Assembly: GCA_048013815.1 (NCBI GenBank) | Contig: CM106585.1 | Coordinates: forward strand, 14,384,001-14,448,000 | From: Setoptus koraiensis | Taxonomy: Eukaryota > Animalia > Arthropoda | Length of the DNA: 64,000 nt | Direction: 5' to 3' | Shown here: positions 36,448 through 48,161 of the stretch, piece after piece | Layout of the letters: the number at the start of each line of letters is the position of its first letter | Numbering within the stretch: position 1 is the first letter of the stretch | Position numbers and translations under genes: made by a program | Notes under the pieces: generated by a model | What the model saw: the letters and a program-made list of their open reading frames with translations, nothing else | What the model was told of the DNA's origin: nothing | Database searches by the model: none

Positions 36448-36687
36448 TAGTGTGGCGGCTTTTATTCTCGAATAAAGGCCATAAAGGCCGCTTTAGGCCC
36501 GTTTGGATTTAAACCGTCGGGCCTAAAGTGGGCTCTATTTCGAATAAAAGTCCGAATAAAGGCCAATTTAGGCCACTTTAGGTCCAGGCTTTAATTATAA
36601 AAGCCAAAAGCCACTTTAAGCCCGAAGGGGCCTAAGGTGGCTTTTAATAAAAGCCATGGGTTTTAAACCATTTAGGCCGCCTCACTA
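36448..36687. mobile_element. hAT-type MITE, family 2, copy A (240 bp)
   Basis: TIR TAGTGTGGCGGC / GCCGCCTCACTA (1 mismatch). Perfect 8-bp TSD CCCTTGAG at 36440-36447 and 36688-36695. Internal TAAAGGCC / TTTAGGCC repeats. Confidence 0.88.
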
Positions 36688-37159
36688 CCCTTGAGAAGTG
36701 ATCTCGAAAAACGCCACGTACTAGAACTAGTCTAGACACTAGTGAGACTAGATAATCGGTAAATCAATGACTGCCTCACTGTCCTCTCCGTCAGCATACC
36801 AGACGAGTGAATAATACGCCAGTTTCTTTGAGATTTATTTATTTGACGCCAGCGCAGACTTTATTTTGTCTAATGGAAATCTGTTTGTTACATGTGTCTG
36901 TTGTTATTTGACCAATGTCAACCAATTTGTAGTTGTGTAGCTCAGCTCTACGCAGTCCACATATCCAATGTGGAATTACTTTGTTTGTTATATCACAAAT
37001 TAGATGATCAATTAAGCCGTGGAAAAGGAAGTTTTTTTTTTATCTACTAAGTTAAAATGTATCTAGGGGTGGGCGAGGTTAGGTGACACTTTCAATCACT
37101 CTGTTTACATCTCAATTAGTTCAGTCGGTTCATCTATCTAATATAATGAGACTTCCGAA

Positions 37160-37711
37160 TTAGAGATCCCTCGGCCAGGCCCCGGGTGCGTGATCGTCGC
37201 CGAGTATTACGATCTTGATCTCGTATTTTCTTTTCTTTTCCATTTCAGCATCAGTGAGGGTTCCATGAGAAATTGCGAAGTGGTCAGGATCTCTGCTATT
37301 TCCGACTCAATGCATGCGTTTTTTGGTGCCAAGAAATTTGACCTCGGATGGAGTAAGCTATGGCCGTGTCAAATTCTCAACCCAATCTTAGTTCAGTGTA
37401 TAGTTTCAATGCAAACTCTTCGGGCGTGTTGTGTTTCTCGCTGAGATCCCATTCAAACTGATCAACAAGAGATATGTTGCCTACGTGAACATTCAATTTT
37501 ATTAGTACTCTCTGATCGGTCTGTTGATCTAGAATGGTCTCTGTGGGAAACGCTTCGATTTGTTGTCTAATCGACTGTGCGATCGGAGGTTGAAATGCTT
37601 GCGGAGGCAAGTCCAAATCGTCACACAATATCTCAGCAAACTGTTCTGGGGTAATTAATATTTCATTCTTGTTCCAAACAAACGTGTCTCTAAGTTTGTA
37701 TCCCTCAACTT
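37160..37711 (-). pseudogene. SMARCB1: 5'-truncated SNF5/SMARCB1 pseudogene
   Basis: Copy of the 3' half of the gene at 39734-40873 (..[38 protein letters not shown]..). It has a GGA>TGA nonsense change at 37377-37379, net indels of -32, +5 and -14 nt, and no 5' half. Confidence 0.93.
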
Positions 37712-38805
37712 AAATATCTCTCTTTTTTGTCAGTATGCCCACAGAGGCGTTTGTCAACAACGTATTAAGATATATCGCACAGAAGTCGCTGATTCAAATT
37801 TAAGATGAACTTCCGGGGCAATGTCGTGCGCAGATACACTTCTGCATCGATGCTTATATAATCGTTATTTGTTGCACACAAACAAGGGCAGACTGGAATA
37901 TTATTACAAATCTGGACGTATGATGATGAACTTGACCGAATCCATTTATGGAATAGATGAAGAAACAAATAACGTTGAATTAACGGAAACGAATGAATCA
38001 AAACTATACTTTCGTTTTGATGCAATATTAATAGCACCAAGTAGCTAATCAAGCGAACTAAACGTCATCGTTACTTATTGTAAGATATACACATATCGTA
38101 CTCAGCGTTACGAACGTTAGATATGAATGAAAATAAATTTCAAGTCATTACCGAAGTTTTATTTGTATTTTTGGAGAGTCTGTTGACTAGGTGATTTGGA
38201 CTTATGCGATACATCACCAGAAAGCTAACATAATAGAAGGTAGAGATGATACGATGTAGCAGCAGTAGCATACATTTGACTATTGATGGCATTTTTCTTC
38301 TCAAAACCTTCAAAAACTTAGCTTCGAATTCTTCATATCAATGTATTGCTTCAATTTCTACTCAACAATCTATATCTAGGCAAGCTAAGCCGTTCAGGCG
38401 ATTTTCTTTTTCACCAAATTTTTTTATTTACACAACATTCCGAGACCCAATTACATAACCCCAAAGAAAGAAAAGGGAAAAAAGATTGCACCCCAAAGTT
38501 GCAAGAGGCGCAGAAGTGCCCTCATTCTGCGCGATACAGCCAAATATATCATAACCGAGTAAAGATTGAATCTAGTAGATCGAAAGAGCTTGTCGGCGGA
38601 TGAGGTCCCTTGCTAAGTTTGGACTGAACTATTGAGCAACATCGATTTGATGTAATAATACTTGATTGCTTTCAACTTGACAACTGTTTACATCTCACTA
38701 ACCACTGGTGTCTTCCAGACCAGTATCTATTTCGAATTCGCTCGATTCTCTTTGTTTGGTTGGAGGAGAATCAACATCATCTCAGCTTTAGAGTTTGATA
38801 GTATA

Positions 38806-40326
38806 ATGAATAATCTCTAATTAAACAGTAACGAAAATCAATCTTAAAATAAACTCGTTGTTTCATCTTAACCTGACCCAATTTATTCGGTGCCTCCAGT
38901 TTCAGTGTGTCTCTCGCCGAAGTAAATCCGATCCATCACCTTCTGGGAACCTTCGGATAAACTTTTTATCAACCCTTGAGCAGTGTGGCGGCCTTTATTC
39001 TCGAATAAAGGCCATAAAGGCCGCTTTAGGCCCGTTCGGGTTTAAACCGTCGGGCCTAAGGTGGGCTATATTGCGAATAAAAGTCCGAATAAAGGCCAAT
39101 TTAGGCCACTTTAGGCCAATTTAGGCCACTTTAGGTCCAGGCTTTAATTATAAAAGCCAAAAGCCACTTTAAGCCCGAAGGGGCCTAAGGTGGCTTTTGA
39201 TCATCACAATGAAAGTCATGGGTTTTAACCATTTAGGCCGCCTCACTACCCTTAAGAAGTGTTGAAATGATCGCGAAAAACGCCACATATTAAAACAGAC
39301 ACCATTCAGAGGAGAACATCGGTAAATCAATGACTGCCTCACTGTCCTCTCCGTCAGCATACCAGACGAGTGAATAATACGCCAGTTTCTTCGAGATTTA
39401 TTTATTCGACGCCAGCGCAGACTTTATTTTGTCTAATTGAAAACTGTTTGTTACATGTGTCTGTTGTTATTTGACCAATGTCAACCAATTTGTAGTTGTG
39501 TAGCTCAGCTATGCGCAATCAACATATCCTACAAAGCAATCTAACGTGGAGTTACTTTGCTATATCACAGATGAGAGCATATGATCAATTGAGCTATGGA
39601 AAAAAAAGTTTTTTTTTGATCTACGAAATTAAAATGTTTCAAGGGAATGGACGAGGTTATGTGACACTTTCATTCACTTTGTTTACATTTCAATCAGTTC
39701 AGTCAGTTCATCTAATATAATGAGACTTTCAGATTAGATATCCTTCGGCCAGGCCCCGGGTGCGTGATTCGCAAGTCGCCTCATTCGCCGAGTATTACGA
39801 TCTTGATCGCGTATTTTCTTTTCCATTTCGGCATCAGTGAGGGTTTCTAGAGAGGGTGCGAACTGGTCAGTGTCGCTGTTATTTCTAAATGGGAAGTCCA
39901 GCGCTGGTAGGTGAGCCTCACTAAATGCATACGTTTTTTGGTGCCAGGAAATTTGACCTCGGATGGAGTAAGCTATGGCTGTGACAAATTCTCCACCCAA
40001 TCCTAGTTCAGTGCATAGTTTCAGTGCAAACTCTTCGGGCGTGTTGTGCTTCTCGCTGAGATCCCATTCAAACTGATCAACAAGAGATATGTTGCCTACG
40101 TGAACATTCAATTTTATTAGTACTCTCTGATCGGTCTGTTGATCTAGAATGGTCTCTGTGGGAAACGCTTCTATTTGTTGTCTAATCGACTGAGCGATCG
40201 GAGGTTGAAATGCTTGCGGAGGCAAGTCCAAATCGTCACACAATATCTCAGCAAACTGTTCTGGGGTAATTGATATTTCATTCTTGTTCCAAACAAACGT
40301 GTCTCTGAGTTTGTGTCCCTCAACTT
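38806..40326. repeat. Segmental duplication, copy B (source copy, overlaps the intact SNF5 3' half)
   Basis: Pairs with 36273-37711. Confidence 0.95.
38981..39248. mobile_element. hAT-type MITE, family 2, copy B (268 bp)
   Basis: Ends CAGTGTGGCGGCC / GGCCGCCTCACTA. TSD CCCTTGAG (38973-38980) / CCCTTAAG (39249-39256). Same insertion site as copy A. Confidence 0.88.
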
Positions 40327-40873
40327 CCATATCCAATCTGATGGGTACAAGAACTTCTTTAACATTAGATATCTGATGTAGGGCAGCGGGGTCTAGGTCA
40401 TCGTATACTAATGGATAGGAGCGAATTCTTTTCTGTGTCAATCTGGTGGACGCTTTGGCAATCGCAGTGGAACACGGTACTGCATCTAAGTGGTGAGATG
40501 ATGTAGATAAAACTGGAGTTGATAGTTGCCAATTGATTCGCTTGTTCGATTTTGGCTCGCGTTCCGTTCTAGAAATTGTCGGCTCGGATGTAATGGACAT
40601 TGCCTTGTAGCGTTCATCTTTGCCCTGGAAGATTTCATCGACTTCACTGGCTTTTAATAGAGTGACATTTGTTACAATTGTATGTGCCGCATAACCCTGT
40701 TGTGTGATTTTCTTCCGTTCGTCCATCGACACCATGCGTCTCCAGAGTGAGGGATACTTTTTATAAAGAGAGCCCCTGAACATACGCAAATAGTTGCCTA
40801 CATGAGATCCAATGTAGTACTTCTCGCCGCCCTCCTCCAATTGGAATGGTTCGGGCTTCTTTCCGTATGTCAT
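39734..40873 (-). CDS. SMARCB1: SWI/SNF subunit SNF5/SMARCB1 (Snr1), 379 aa, intronless
   Basis: N-terminal winged helix ([22 protein letters not shown]), Rpt1 ([22 protein letters not shown]), Rpt2 ([32 protein letters not shown]) and C-terminal [16 protein letters not shown]. Confidence 0.98.
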   Translation of the reverse strand: MTYGKKPEPFQLEEGGEKYYIGSHVGNYLRMFRGSLYKKYPSLWRRMVSMDERKKITQQGYAAHTIVTNVTLLKASEVDEIFQGKDERYKAMSITSEPTISRTEREPKSNKRINWQLSTPVLSTSSHHLDAVPCSTAIAKASTRLTQKRIRSYPLVYDDLDPAALHQISNVKEVLVPIRLDMEVEGHKLRDTFVWNKNEISITPEQFAEILCDDLDLPPQAFQPPIAQSIRQQIEAFPTETILDQQTDQRVLIKLNVHVGNISLVDQFEWDLSEKHNTPEEFALKLCTELGLGGEFVTAIAYSIRGQISWHQKTYAFSEAHLPALDFPFRNNSDTDQFAPSLETLTDAEMEKKIRDQDRNTRRMRRLANHAPGAWPKDI

Positions 40874-41210
40874 GGCGATTGTATATCTTGATTGGTGAAA
40901 TTTAAATATTAGTTTGTTATATTAAACTTGATTGTTGTTTGGTGCGATAAAATTTGATTGATCGCCAATCCAACAAAGTCATACAGCGAAGAATCAAATA
41001 CCAGTTGTAACAAGAAATCTGGGACATGTGTTCATTGGGGCATCAAATCAATTGAGCATCTGAGCGCCAAATTCAAACAAAAAAAATCCGAATTTTAAAT
41101 TCCGAAATGTTTCTCTGGTGACGAGAGCCCATAGAGAACTGCATAGTTGTGCTGGAATATACTTCGAATCTCTCACAATAATCAATCACAATAATCTCGC
41201 AAGAATCATA

Positions 41211-44057
41211 TCACACCCGCCAATGTCCAAACTCGCAGATATGTCCACAACCTGTTGGACAGTATTCGTTTTCCATAAACCATTGACTCATATGTAATAG
41301 ATGGCCACCATGATAACAACCCTGACACCATGCCATTAAACCTGCGACTACTCCGTGGCTGTCGGTTCAAAAAATCGGGATAATTCAATTTGGAAGTCAA
41401 TCGTCAGTCGGAGGTTTCGTGGAATGGTTTCAAAAGGTCAATACTACAACATATCGTAATACTTACCACACCGAACAGTCCGATGGTCTGGTTTTACACC
41501 GGTCACAAATCCACCCAACTTTTCCATTGAGTGGCCGGTTACAGAAACCGCATGCTGTATATATAGAGGTTGATGTTTGATTAATGGAGTTTATATTCGG
41601 CAAGGGGCTTAATTTGATCACTTGACTCATCACATTCCACAGTTGAAATTTACTCAATAAGTCTATGTAAGAATGATACCATGATTCTCTTACTATGACC
41701 GGAATCCTTTCGCCCACAATATTCTTGATTCTATCTCCCAAAACAATCAATATAGATACAGCACTTTGTACATCACCATCCTCGACGTGATAATTCAACA
41801 CATCAGCAACCACATCGGCGATGATATCAAAAAATTTAAAATGATACGCGGATGAGCTAGCGGAAACCATAGATCTGGCATTCGCATCCACATCAGATAT
41901 GGGCCCTAGAACATTGAATGGTGGATTTTCGTTGGTGGTGACTTTAGTTTCGTCTTCGTGATTACTAGATCGTGAACTGCTGGCAGAATCATCAGCTGCT
42001 TGACTAATGAGTCCATGAACGCGTCCACAAATCTCATGCTTTGGCTGAAAAGCCTCGTAAGGTAACCAATCATTTAGGCTTTCATCCGAGTCTTCCATTA
42101 CTTGAGATCCTGCATCAGTGAACGGACCCACCGACACAGTAGGGGCTAATGTGTGCTGGTTTGGTGTAGCTCCTTGATATAAACTGTAACTGGGCTGTCT
42201 GGAATTATCCACATGATCGTGATTATATCTTGTTTGCTTGCGATTCTCCACGGTAAGAGCAAATATCGAACTGGAATCAGAATCGGCATCATTGTGATCA
42301 GTAGACACACCTAAATGATGTCCATCCGCATTTGTGATCGCTCCCGAAAGGCTGTCATTTGTTGATTCATACATACCACTTGTCGCTGCAGACTGTACTA
42401 CCGACTTGGCGATGTTTTTCATGCGGTTCTTCTTGCCCAAAGTGTTTCTTCTAGACGGATTTGAATACTCGGAACTGGCCGGAATTTGGCTACTTATTGA
42501 GGCATCATCTGCAATCGAATAGTTGGCAACATGAGATGAAGCAACAACACCAGGTAATCCAACGCCAGCAGTGTGGGTACCTCCTCTGGATATATTGGCA
42601 TAGAATAATTTTAATATTTTCCAAGTTTGACATATTTGGAAGCGTTTCAATTTGGCACAAACTTCGGCATTGTGATCACATAAATCGGCTAGCGGCATAT
42701 CGGAAAGTTTATATTCTCTAGCTGTTCGTACAAACCAATTCATTTCGGTGTTTCTTGATTTGTAAACATCTAACTGACTCTTGTTGCTGAGTTGCGATCT
42801 ATTAGACCAATCATGTGATCTCCTAGATATAATATAGGGAGCTTGTAGGCGATTCTGTAATGGACTAGAGAACTGCTGAAATTTACCTGATAACTGGCTT
42901 TGTTGTGGACTGCTACCCACAAATGGTGCCTGGCTGCTGAGCGGCGGCAAAACGTTGCCCAGAAATGAGGCTGGCGCCCCAAGACTACTAGGACTGTGAG
43001 TATCGGACATGGTGCTATTGGTCGACTTTATGAGACCCAATGCCAAGGCTATGTCCCCATCTGGATTGATGGCCATGCCAACAGGATTCGCATGCTCCAG
43101 AGGCCTGTAGGCATCACTGATTGAATGCTGATAGAGAGTTCCATCTTTAGAAGTTGATACCAAACTCAAGGTAGATTTGCGCCAAGCTAGACCAGTTGTT
43201 GAATCGTTGTGTTCCATGAATGAGGCAAACGGTATATATGGTCGATGCACATCCCAAACATTTATACTAAAATCCTGCACCAATGAACAGCTGGCTATGT
43301 AGTATTTGTTGTCTAGCATCCATTTAATTTTTGAAACTGAAGCTATAGTATGAATACAATGTTGTAGATTGGGTTTCACACTACCAATATCCCAAACTTT
43401 AACATATTTATCTCTTCCAGCTGTGGCAAAGGTGTTAGATAATTCCGGATGCCAGTCACATGCAAAGACTGGACCCGAGTGGCCCGTGAAACGGCGCTCA
43501 TACCGATCTGTTCGTCTGATATCGTATAGTTGAACATAACCATTGTCTTGTACAGCCATGAACAAATATGGACTATGTGGAGAGAATTGTACATCTCTCA
43601 CGGATTCGCTCAATCCGGGGAATGTGGCCACTGCTTCTCCTGCTTTCAAGTCAAACAACTTGATCATTCCATCTTGTGAGCCACTCAACAAATAAGACGG
43701 TTCCGTATTGTGAAAGCACACCTTGTTGACAGTCCTCTTGTGATCCTGGAAGACCATGTCTAATTTTGAGCGAGATTGTTTCGATAAGTTCCAAGTAACG
43801 ACGGCCCCATTGGTGGCTGCCGACGCAAGAATATTCTCCTCGATGGGATTCCATGCGACGTCATTGCAACTGAAATTAAGATTGACATTTTTGCCCACCC
43901 TTAAATTGGCGGCTTCGGTGAAGGTCATATTAACATCATCTATAGAATAGATCTTGAAGACACTACGTCCAGCTACCGCCACTTGACTAGATTCTTTATT
44001 GAGTGACAGAGCGTTGGCGGGTCCGCCGACATTGGTGTAAAACGTTCTCCTGACCAT
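41211..44057 (-). CDS. WDR24: GATOR2 complex subunit WDR24 (912 aa), two exons
   Basis: join(complement 41467..44057, 41211..41358). The 108-bp GTAAGT..GACAG phase-2 intron restores the C-terminal zinc/RING region [40 protein letters not shown]. N-terminal WD40 repeats (QVAVAGRSVFKI, DHKRTVNKVCFH, GHSGPVFACDWHP). Confidence 0.95.
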
Positions 44058-44459
44058 CGCGCGATATATAGTTATGATAATTAGCGACTAACAATAATTG
44101 TAAGACGTTGTCCTTGGTACATTGAATAAATACATGTAAATGACAATAATTACGATAGATAATCAACTGATATAGTAGATACGTACATGTACATTTACAA
44201 CAATGCAAATGATGCGAGAGGATTTGTTGAAACAAGAATCATATGCTCGACCAACACATGTTTTTGCAGTGATGTTTACTTTGTAACGCGTGGTATCGCA
44301 TCAGCATTTGTTGATGGTTCAAGTACGAACCGCATCTATATCAGTTCACATTTTTTGTTGTAAGTTTTGTTTGCCCATTCGAACATTGTTATCCAATAAC
44401 AATCACCTGTCAATTAATACTATAAAAGTCCCTGATCATAGGTCAGCTCACCACTCGGA
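44058..44459. promoter_or_regulatory. Putative bidirectional promoter (WDR24 / TIMMDC1, head-to-head)
   Basis: Only 402 bp lie between the two divergent start codons. Confidence 0.55.
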
Positions 44460-45206
44460 ATGAGAGTCAAGTTTGATAATAGCAGCGAATTAATAGAGGT
44501 TGCAGATGAGATCACAGCACCTCCAAACATCAGCGGAGCCTACAAAGATGGAAAGCTCGACTTGAATCATATAAACAGGATAAGTGCTTCGGTGTCACCA
44601 GAAGAACGATTACTAATATTGATAAAGTCAACATTACGTCTAGATGATAGTACACACGAATCAGATCTTATACACGGAGCAATGGGATACGGCTTAGCAG
44701 TTGGACTCACACTAGGTTTTATAATGAAAGGCGGCGATACGCATAGGGATTTCGTTAGAAATCACAACATGGCAGCCTTTGAGAATCATTTCATAGCCAA
44801 AAGAAAATATTTAGACACTTATATTAGTCAAGGTCTGATAAGATCGGCCAAATTTGGATTGAAAGTATCCTTGTTGGGTGGGGCTTGTTGCGGTGCATTA
44901 ATTGTACCCATGACAATTAGAGATGACGACTATAGAATTACAGATTCAACCTTGGCCATGGGTGCCGTCTGTGGTTTGTCACGTTTAACTCTTGGCACGA
45001 AGGCAATGACGATGGGCTCATTGATTGGTATGGGATTTGGTGCCTTTGCTGGTGCTCTAGTCAAAAGTTATTTATCTTATACAGGGAAAACGCCACAAGA
45101 GATCAGATTTTGGAATCATAGTAATTACATAGAGAAAAAGATGCGAAGGTACAAAAAAATGGAAAAAGACAAGGAGAGGGACAAACAATCGAAAATCTCT
45201 GAGTGA
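44460..45206 (+). CDS. TIMMDC1: Tim17/22/23-family complex I assembly factor TIMMDC1-like (248 aa), intronless
   Basis: Gly-rich hydrophobic helices, FVRNHNMAAFENHFIAKRKYLD motif, LSRLTLGTKAMTMGSLIGMGFG segment and a charged C-terminus. Confidence 0.8.
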   Translation: MRVKFDNSSELIEVADEITAPPNISGAYKDGKLDLNHINRISASVSPEERLLILIKSTLRLDDSTHESDLIHGAMGYGLAVGLTLGFIMKGGDTHRDFVRNHNMAAFENHFIAKRKYLDTYISQGLIRSAKFGLKVSLLGGACCGALIVPMTIRDDDYRITDSTLAMGAVCGLSRLTLGTKAMTMGSLIGMGFGAFAGALVKSYLSYTGKTPQEIRFWNHSNYIEKKMRRYKKMEKDKERDKQSKISE

Positions 45207-45411
45207 GCAAACTGACGGCCGTGATAGATTAGATGGTGATTGCATTTTGCTTCAAGCAAAATACGATTATTATTGTTGTAATTATTAATTTAAGCTTATC
45301 AAAGACGAATTCATCTCAGAGTACGGGCATGTGTCATTTGTGGCTGGATTGGTTATAATTGATACATGTATGTATAGAGGAGTTGGATGGACTAACAAAT
45401 GGTCATGAATT

Positions 45412-48093
45412 TCATACATAGGAAACAGAATTTCTTGATGATGGCTCAAACTCGAGCCTATTGTAATCATAATCTGGCGATAGTATAAAATCTGGCGATT
45501 GTTGGCGCTCTAATTGATCTAATTTGGTAGGCGATTGTCGCTGTTGTCGTTGCATTTCATGACTTTGTTTGCTCATTGTCTCATTGTCCGTTTGACGTTT
45601 TCCAGCCCATTCACCTGGTTCTTGGTGACCTTCATTTGTGGACGAGCCATGAGCTGGTGGTTGTGTTTCTTCGTTGTGACTGTCAGCGGACTTGTGGATA
45701 AATTCAGCGCCCGGCTGGAATTCACTGCCGAATCTGGCGTTTAATAGTTGTGCGGGCGCAATGGATCTAGCAAAATCAACATCTAGTTCTGTCAATGATC
45801 TAATATCGTCCGGATGAATTATCTTCTGATTTGATTTGCCTTTCTTTGTAGTGGCATTTGCGTCTAGCAAACTAGAAGACGATATAAGTGTCGAGGAACC
45901 AGTTAGGCCGTCGCTAGAGTCACCATCTGTTATGGCGCCTCCTTGGGCCAAAATAGATTGACTGGGGTTGGGGTTTCTAGCTGATGCCGTCTTATTCGAT
46001 GCGTGGTTTGTTTTATCTGGCGCGTCTGCCAATTTAGCACTGTTTTTCGCTTGCTTGCTGATCAGGGGCATGTTAGAGGCTGCATCGACGCCCGACATAT
46101 GATTGGACGTCGTTATTACCTGGTCCATAACCGAGCCAGACGAGGATGAGGCCGACATATCGTATGGTCCGTTCGAGGGCGACGACGACGATCTCAGCGG
46201 TGGCGCCGCTGCCGCCGCCTTGCAGTTGATAATATCATCATCGTTATTATTATTATTATTATTATTGTTTGCCAAATTGGCGAGCTCGTCATTTTGGAGT
46301 CTCATCATATATTCATTGGTCTCTATTTCGTGGCTTATCGTTATGTAATTGTCCTCGATGTTTTTAATGGTTATCTTCGACTTTGGCTTAACGGAGTGTT
46401 GCTGACCGGCAGACCGGTTGTCGCGACGCTGTTCGAAATCGTGCTCATGATAATGATGATCTGGTTGCTCAAATTCTTCCTCCTCGTCAAACAAATAATG
46501 TTTCACTTGTTGAGTTGGCGCCTCATTGGTTGCGTAATGAGAACCATAATATATGCTTCTGTTGTTGCCGCTGATGGAGGTGGGCATTTTATTGGCAGCT
46601 AGTTGTTTGTTTTTAAGCAACGTAGAATGCTGGTGATTGGGATGGCCGCCGAAGGGATCGTTAAAATCCGCATAAAATTTCTGCTGGCTCATGTTGTTCG
46701 CCGGCAAAACATAGTGTTGATTTAAAGCGGATAATGATTTTGCTCTAAACAGACGCTGCTGCTGGGCCGCCCTCTGCTGTTGCGACAAATCAACAAAACT
46801 CTGATTGTAGTTACGACGCCGTTTAATTGATCGACCATCTTTACCTGTCGGTTGTTGATTTGTTGCAGTTGCCGCTTGCAAATACTTGCTTGCGTTTCCG
46901 GTTCTGCTTTTGTAAGATCTGAGGGCCTTGTTGTTGCTATCGGTTGTCGCATTGAAAGATGAGTAGAAATGAGGCATGGTATGCGTGGCGACAAATGGCT
47001 TTGAGTTGTTGTTGTTGTTGTGATGATGATGACTATGATTGTGATGATAGTTGTTGCGATAGTGATGAGGATTGGCAGTGTTATCAATTAATAAATTATG
47101 ATTATCTTTACTACTGACGTAATTGCCCGCCAACAATTGTACATCTTGGCCATTTTGCAATTGCATTGCATTGGACGATCTCAGGTTGTTGTTGTTGCTG
47201 TTCACTATGTCGTCATTATGATACTGATAACCGTGATTAGTGTAATGAAGCGGATGCGATGACGACGACGACACAACATTGTTGCAATATGTTGCCTCAT
47301 TGACCGCTCGCCTGCCTATCACCTGTTTGTTGTTGCTGTTGTTGTTGTTGTTGGCCGACAATTGATTGTGATGATGCAAATAGGGAACATTGGCAGCATT
47401 GTAGTGACTGAATTGATTGTGATGATGATGATGCAACTGTCTATTGTTTGTTTTGTGCGCCTGTTGATGATCGCCATCAATATCCGACCATGAATTATTG
47501 TCATCATATTGAATGTGATGATGATAATTATGATGATGATTATGATGAGAATTGTTGTGTCTACCAGTGTTAGCGTAGCTCTTGTTTGCCGCAACAACCA
47601 CAGCGGCCGCTCTTGGTATGACAATAGACGGGGCGCCCCCAGTTGAGTGGCCGCCGGCTGAATGCGCCGGCTGATGCGGCGCCCCAAACAACATGTCACG
47701 TTGTTTGCCTGTGACACTGGCGATAATGCCGGCGTTCATGTCACTTCCGTCGGGCGACGATGGCGCCAGAGAGGCGGCCGAAACGAAGCGACGTTTGCGT
47801 TTTAGCGCCACCAGATTGTCGTGCTGCTGACGTTGTCTAATGCAATACCAGCCGCTGGCCAATGCCAATATAAGCAACGACAAAAACAAAATTGAGGACA
47901 AAATAAATATAAGCTCATATCCGTTGATATTGTCCAAAAAGAAGCTCGAACGGTGCTGCCCGTTGACGGACAGATCGCGCTTGAGTCCCGGCCCCGGGCC
48001 CAACGTGTCGAGCAAATTATTGTCCTGGGGCCTATTGTTGGATTCGAGCAGTTTGCCGCTGGTGTTTGGTCTGTCTATCAAATTGCCAAATCT

Positions 48094-48161
<68 letters not shown>

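Larger units (their letters stand above)
36273..37711. repeat. Segmental duplication, copy A (of 38806-40326)
   Basis: Collinear high identity from ATGAATAATCTCTAATTAAACAG (36273 vs 38806) to CCCTCAACTT (37711 vs 40326), in direct orientation. Confidence 0.95.
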
